From Gammaproteobacteria bacterium (GTDB lineage: Bacteria; Pseudomonadota; Gammaproteobacteria; Acidiferrobacterales; UBA6901), in assembly GCA_028068195.1 (NCBI GenBank), contig JAPTTX010000025.1, positions 1,799 to 65,798 on the forward strand: a DNA stretch of 64,000 nucleotides, in the 5' to 3' direction. The notes under the pieces are model-generated. The model made no database searches, was not told the origin of the DNA, and saw nothing but the letters and a program-made list of their open reading frames with translations. The position numbers and the translations under genes were made by a program. Positions 63,668 through 64,000 of this stretch are shown here, piece after piece. Positions within the stretch are counted from its first letter, which is position 1. The number at the start of each line of letters is the position of its first letter.

Positions 63668-64000
63668 TCAACCCGCGAGCAACTTGATGCTCATGAATAC
63701 CAGGAAACCCGCGAAGATCCGCTTCAGCAGCTTCACCGGCAACCGATGGGCGAGACGTGCGCCCAGCTGTGCGAAAGTCACGCTCGCGGCAGCGATGACC
63801 AGAACCGCCGGCCAGTATACCGACCCGGTGGACCAGGCCGGCAGGCCGCTGTCGTGCCAGCCGCTAGCTACAAACCCGAGAGTGCCCGATACGGCGATCG
63901 GAAAGCCGCAGGCGGCAGAAGTCGCAACCGCCTGACGGACACCGACATTGCACCACAGGAGGAACGGAACGGTCAGGCTGCCACCGCCGATGCCGGTAAT
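63668..64000 (-). CDS. TauE/SafE sulfite exporter family membrane protein (3' part; runs off window)
   Basis: Manual minus-strand translation: ITGIGGGSLTVPFL...AVATSAACG...GARLAHRLP...LKRIFA, stop at 63668-63670. Confidence 0.85.
   Translation of the reverse strand: MTGIGGGSLTVPFLLWCNVGVRQAVATSAACGFPIAVSGTLGFVASGWHDSGLPAWSTGSVYWPAVLVIAAASVTFAQLGARLAHRLPVKLLKRIFAGFLVFMSIKLLAG

Overview
GC-rich proteobacterial chromosome, probably Gammaproteobacteria. A split gcvPA/gcvPB and Betaproteobacteria-like yicC-kinase-phosphatase-rph synteny suggest an Acidiferrobacterales-like lineage (inference). Most of the window is housekeeping: gltBD, hemE, priA, an RND efflux operon, hemJ/hemW/rdgB/rph, yicC-gmk-rpoZ-spoT-ridA-recG, ubiC/ubiA/ubiD, aroE, prlC, xth, a glycine-riboswitch-led gcvTHPAPB operon, rlmI and lgt. 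The main accessory feature is an ~8.3 kb integrative element resembling a minimal phage satellite (41658-49964), inserted in the first codons of xth and supplying a replacement N-terminus. It encodes a P4-type integrase, AlpA and a DUF3631-type replication ATPase with a symmetric iteron-like array in its 3' end, but no recognisable capsid genes. It also carries an AT-rich three-gene cargo operon (TIGR04255-like, small ORF, THECD-motif protein), the best candidate here for an undescribed anti-phage or toxin-antitoxin system. Other oddities are a perfect in-frame 120-bp tandem duplication in gcvT, DnaA boxes with an AT-rich tract upstream of priA, a 125-aa mini adaptor in the RND operon, and tpx between gcvPA and gcvPB. 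All calls come from reading the sequence and recognising motifs; no searches were run.
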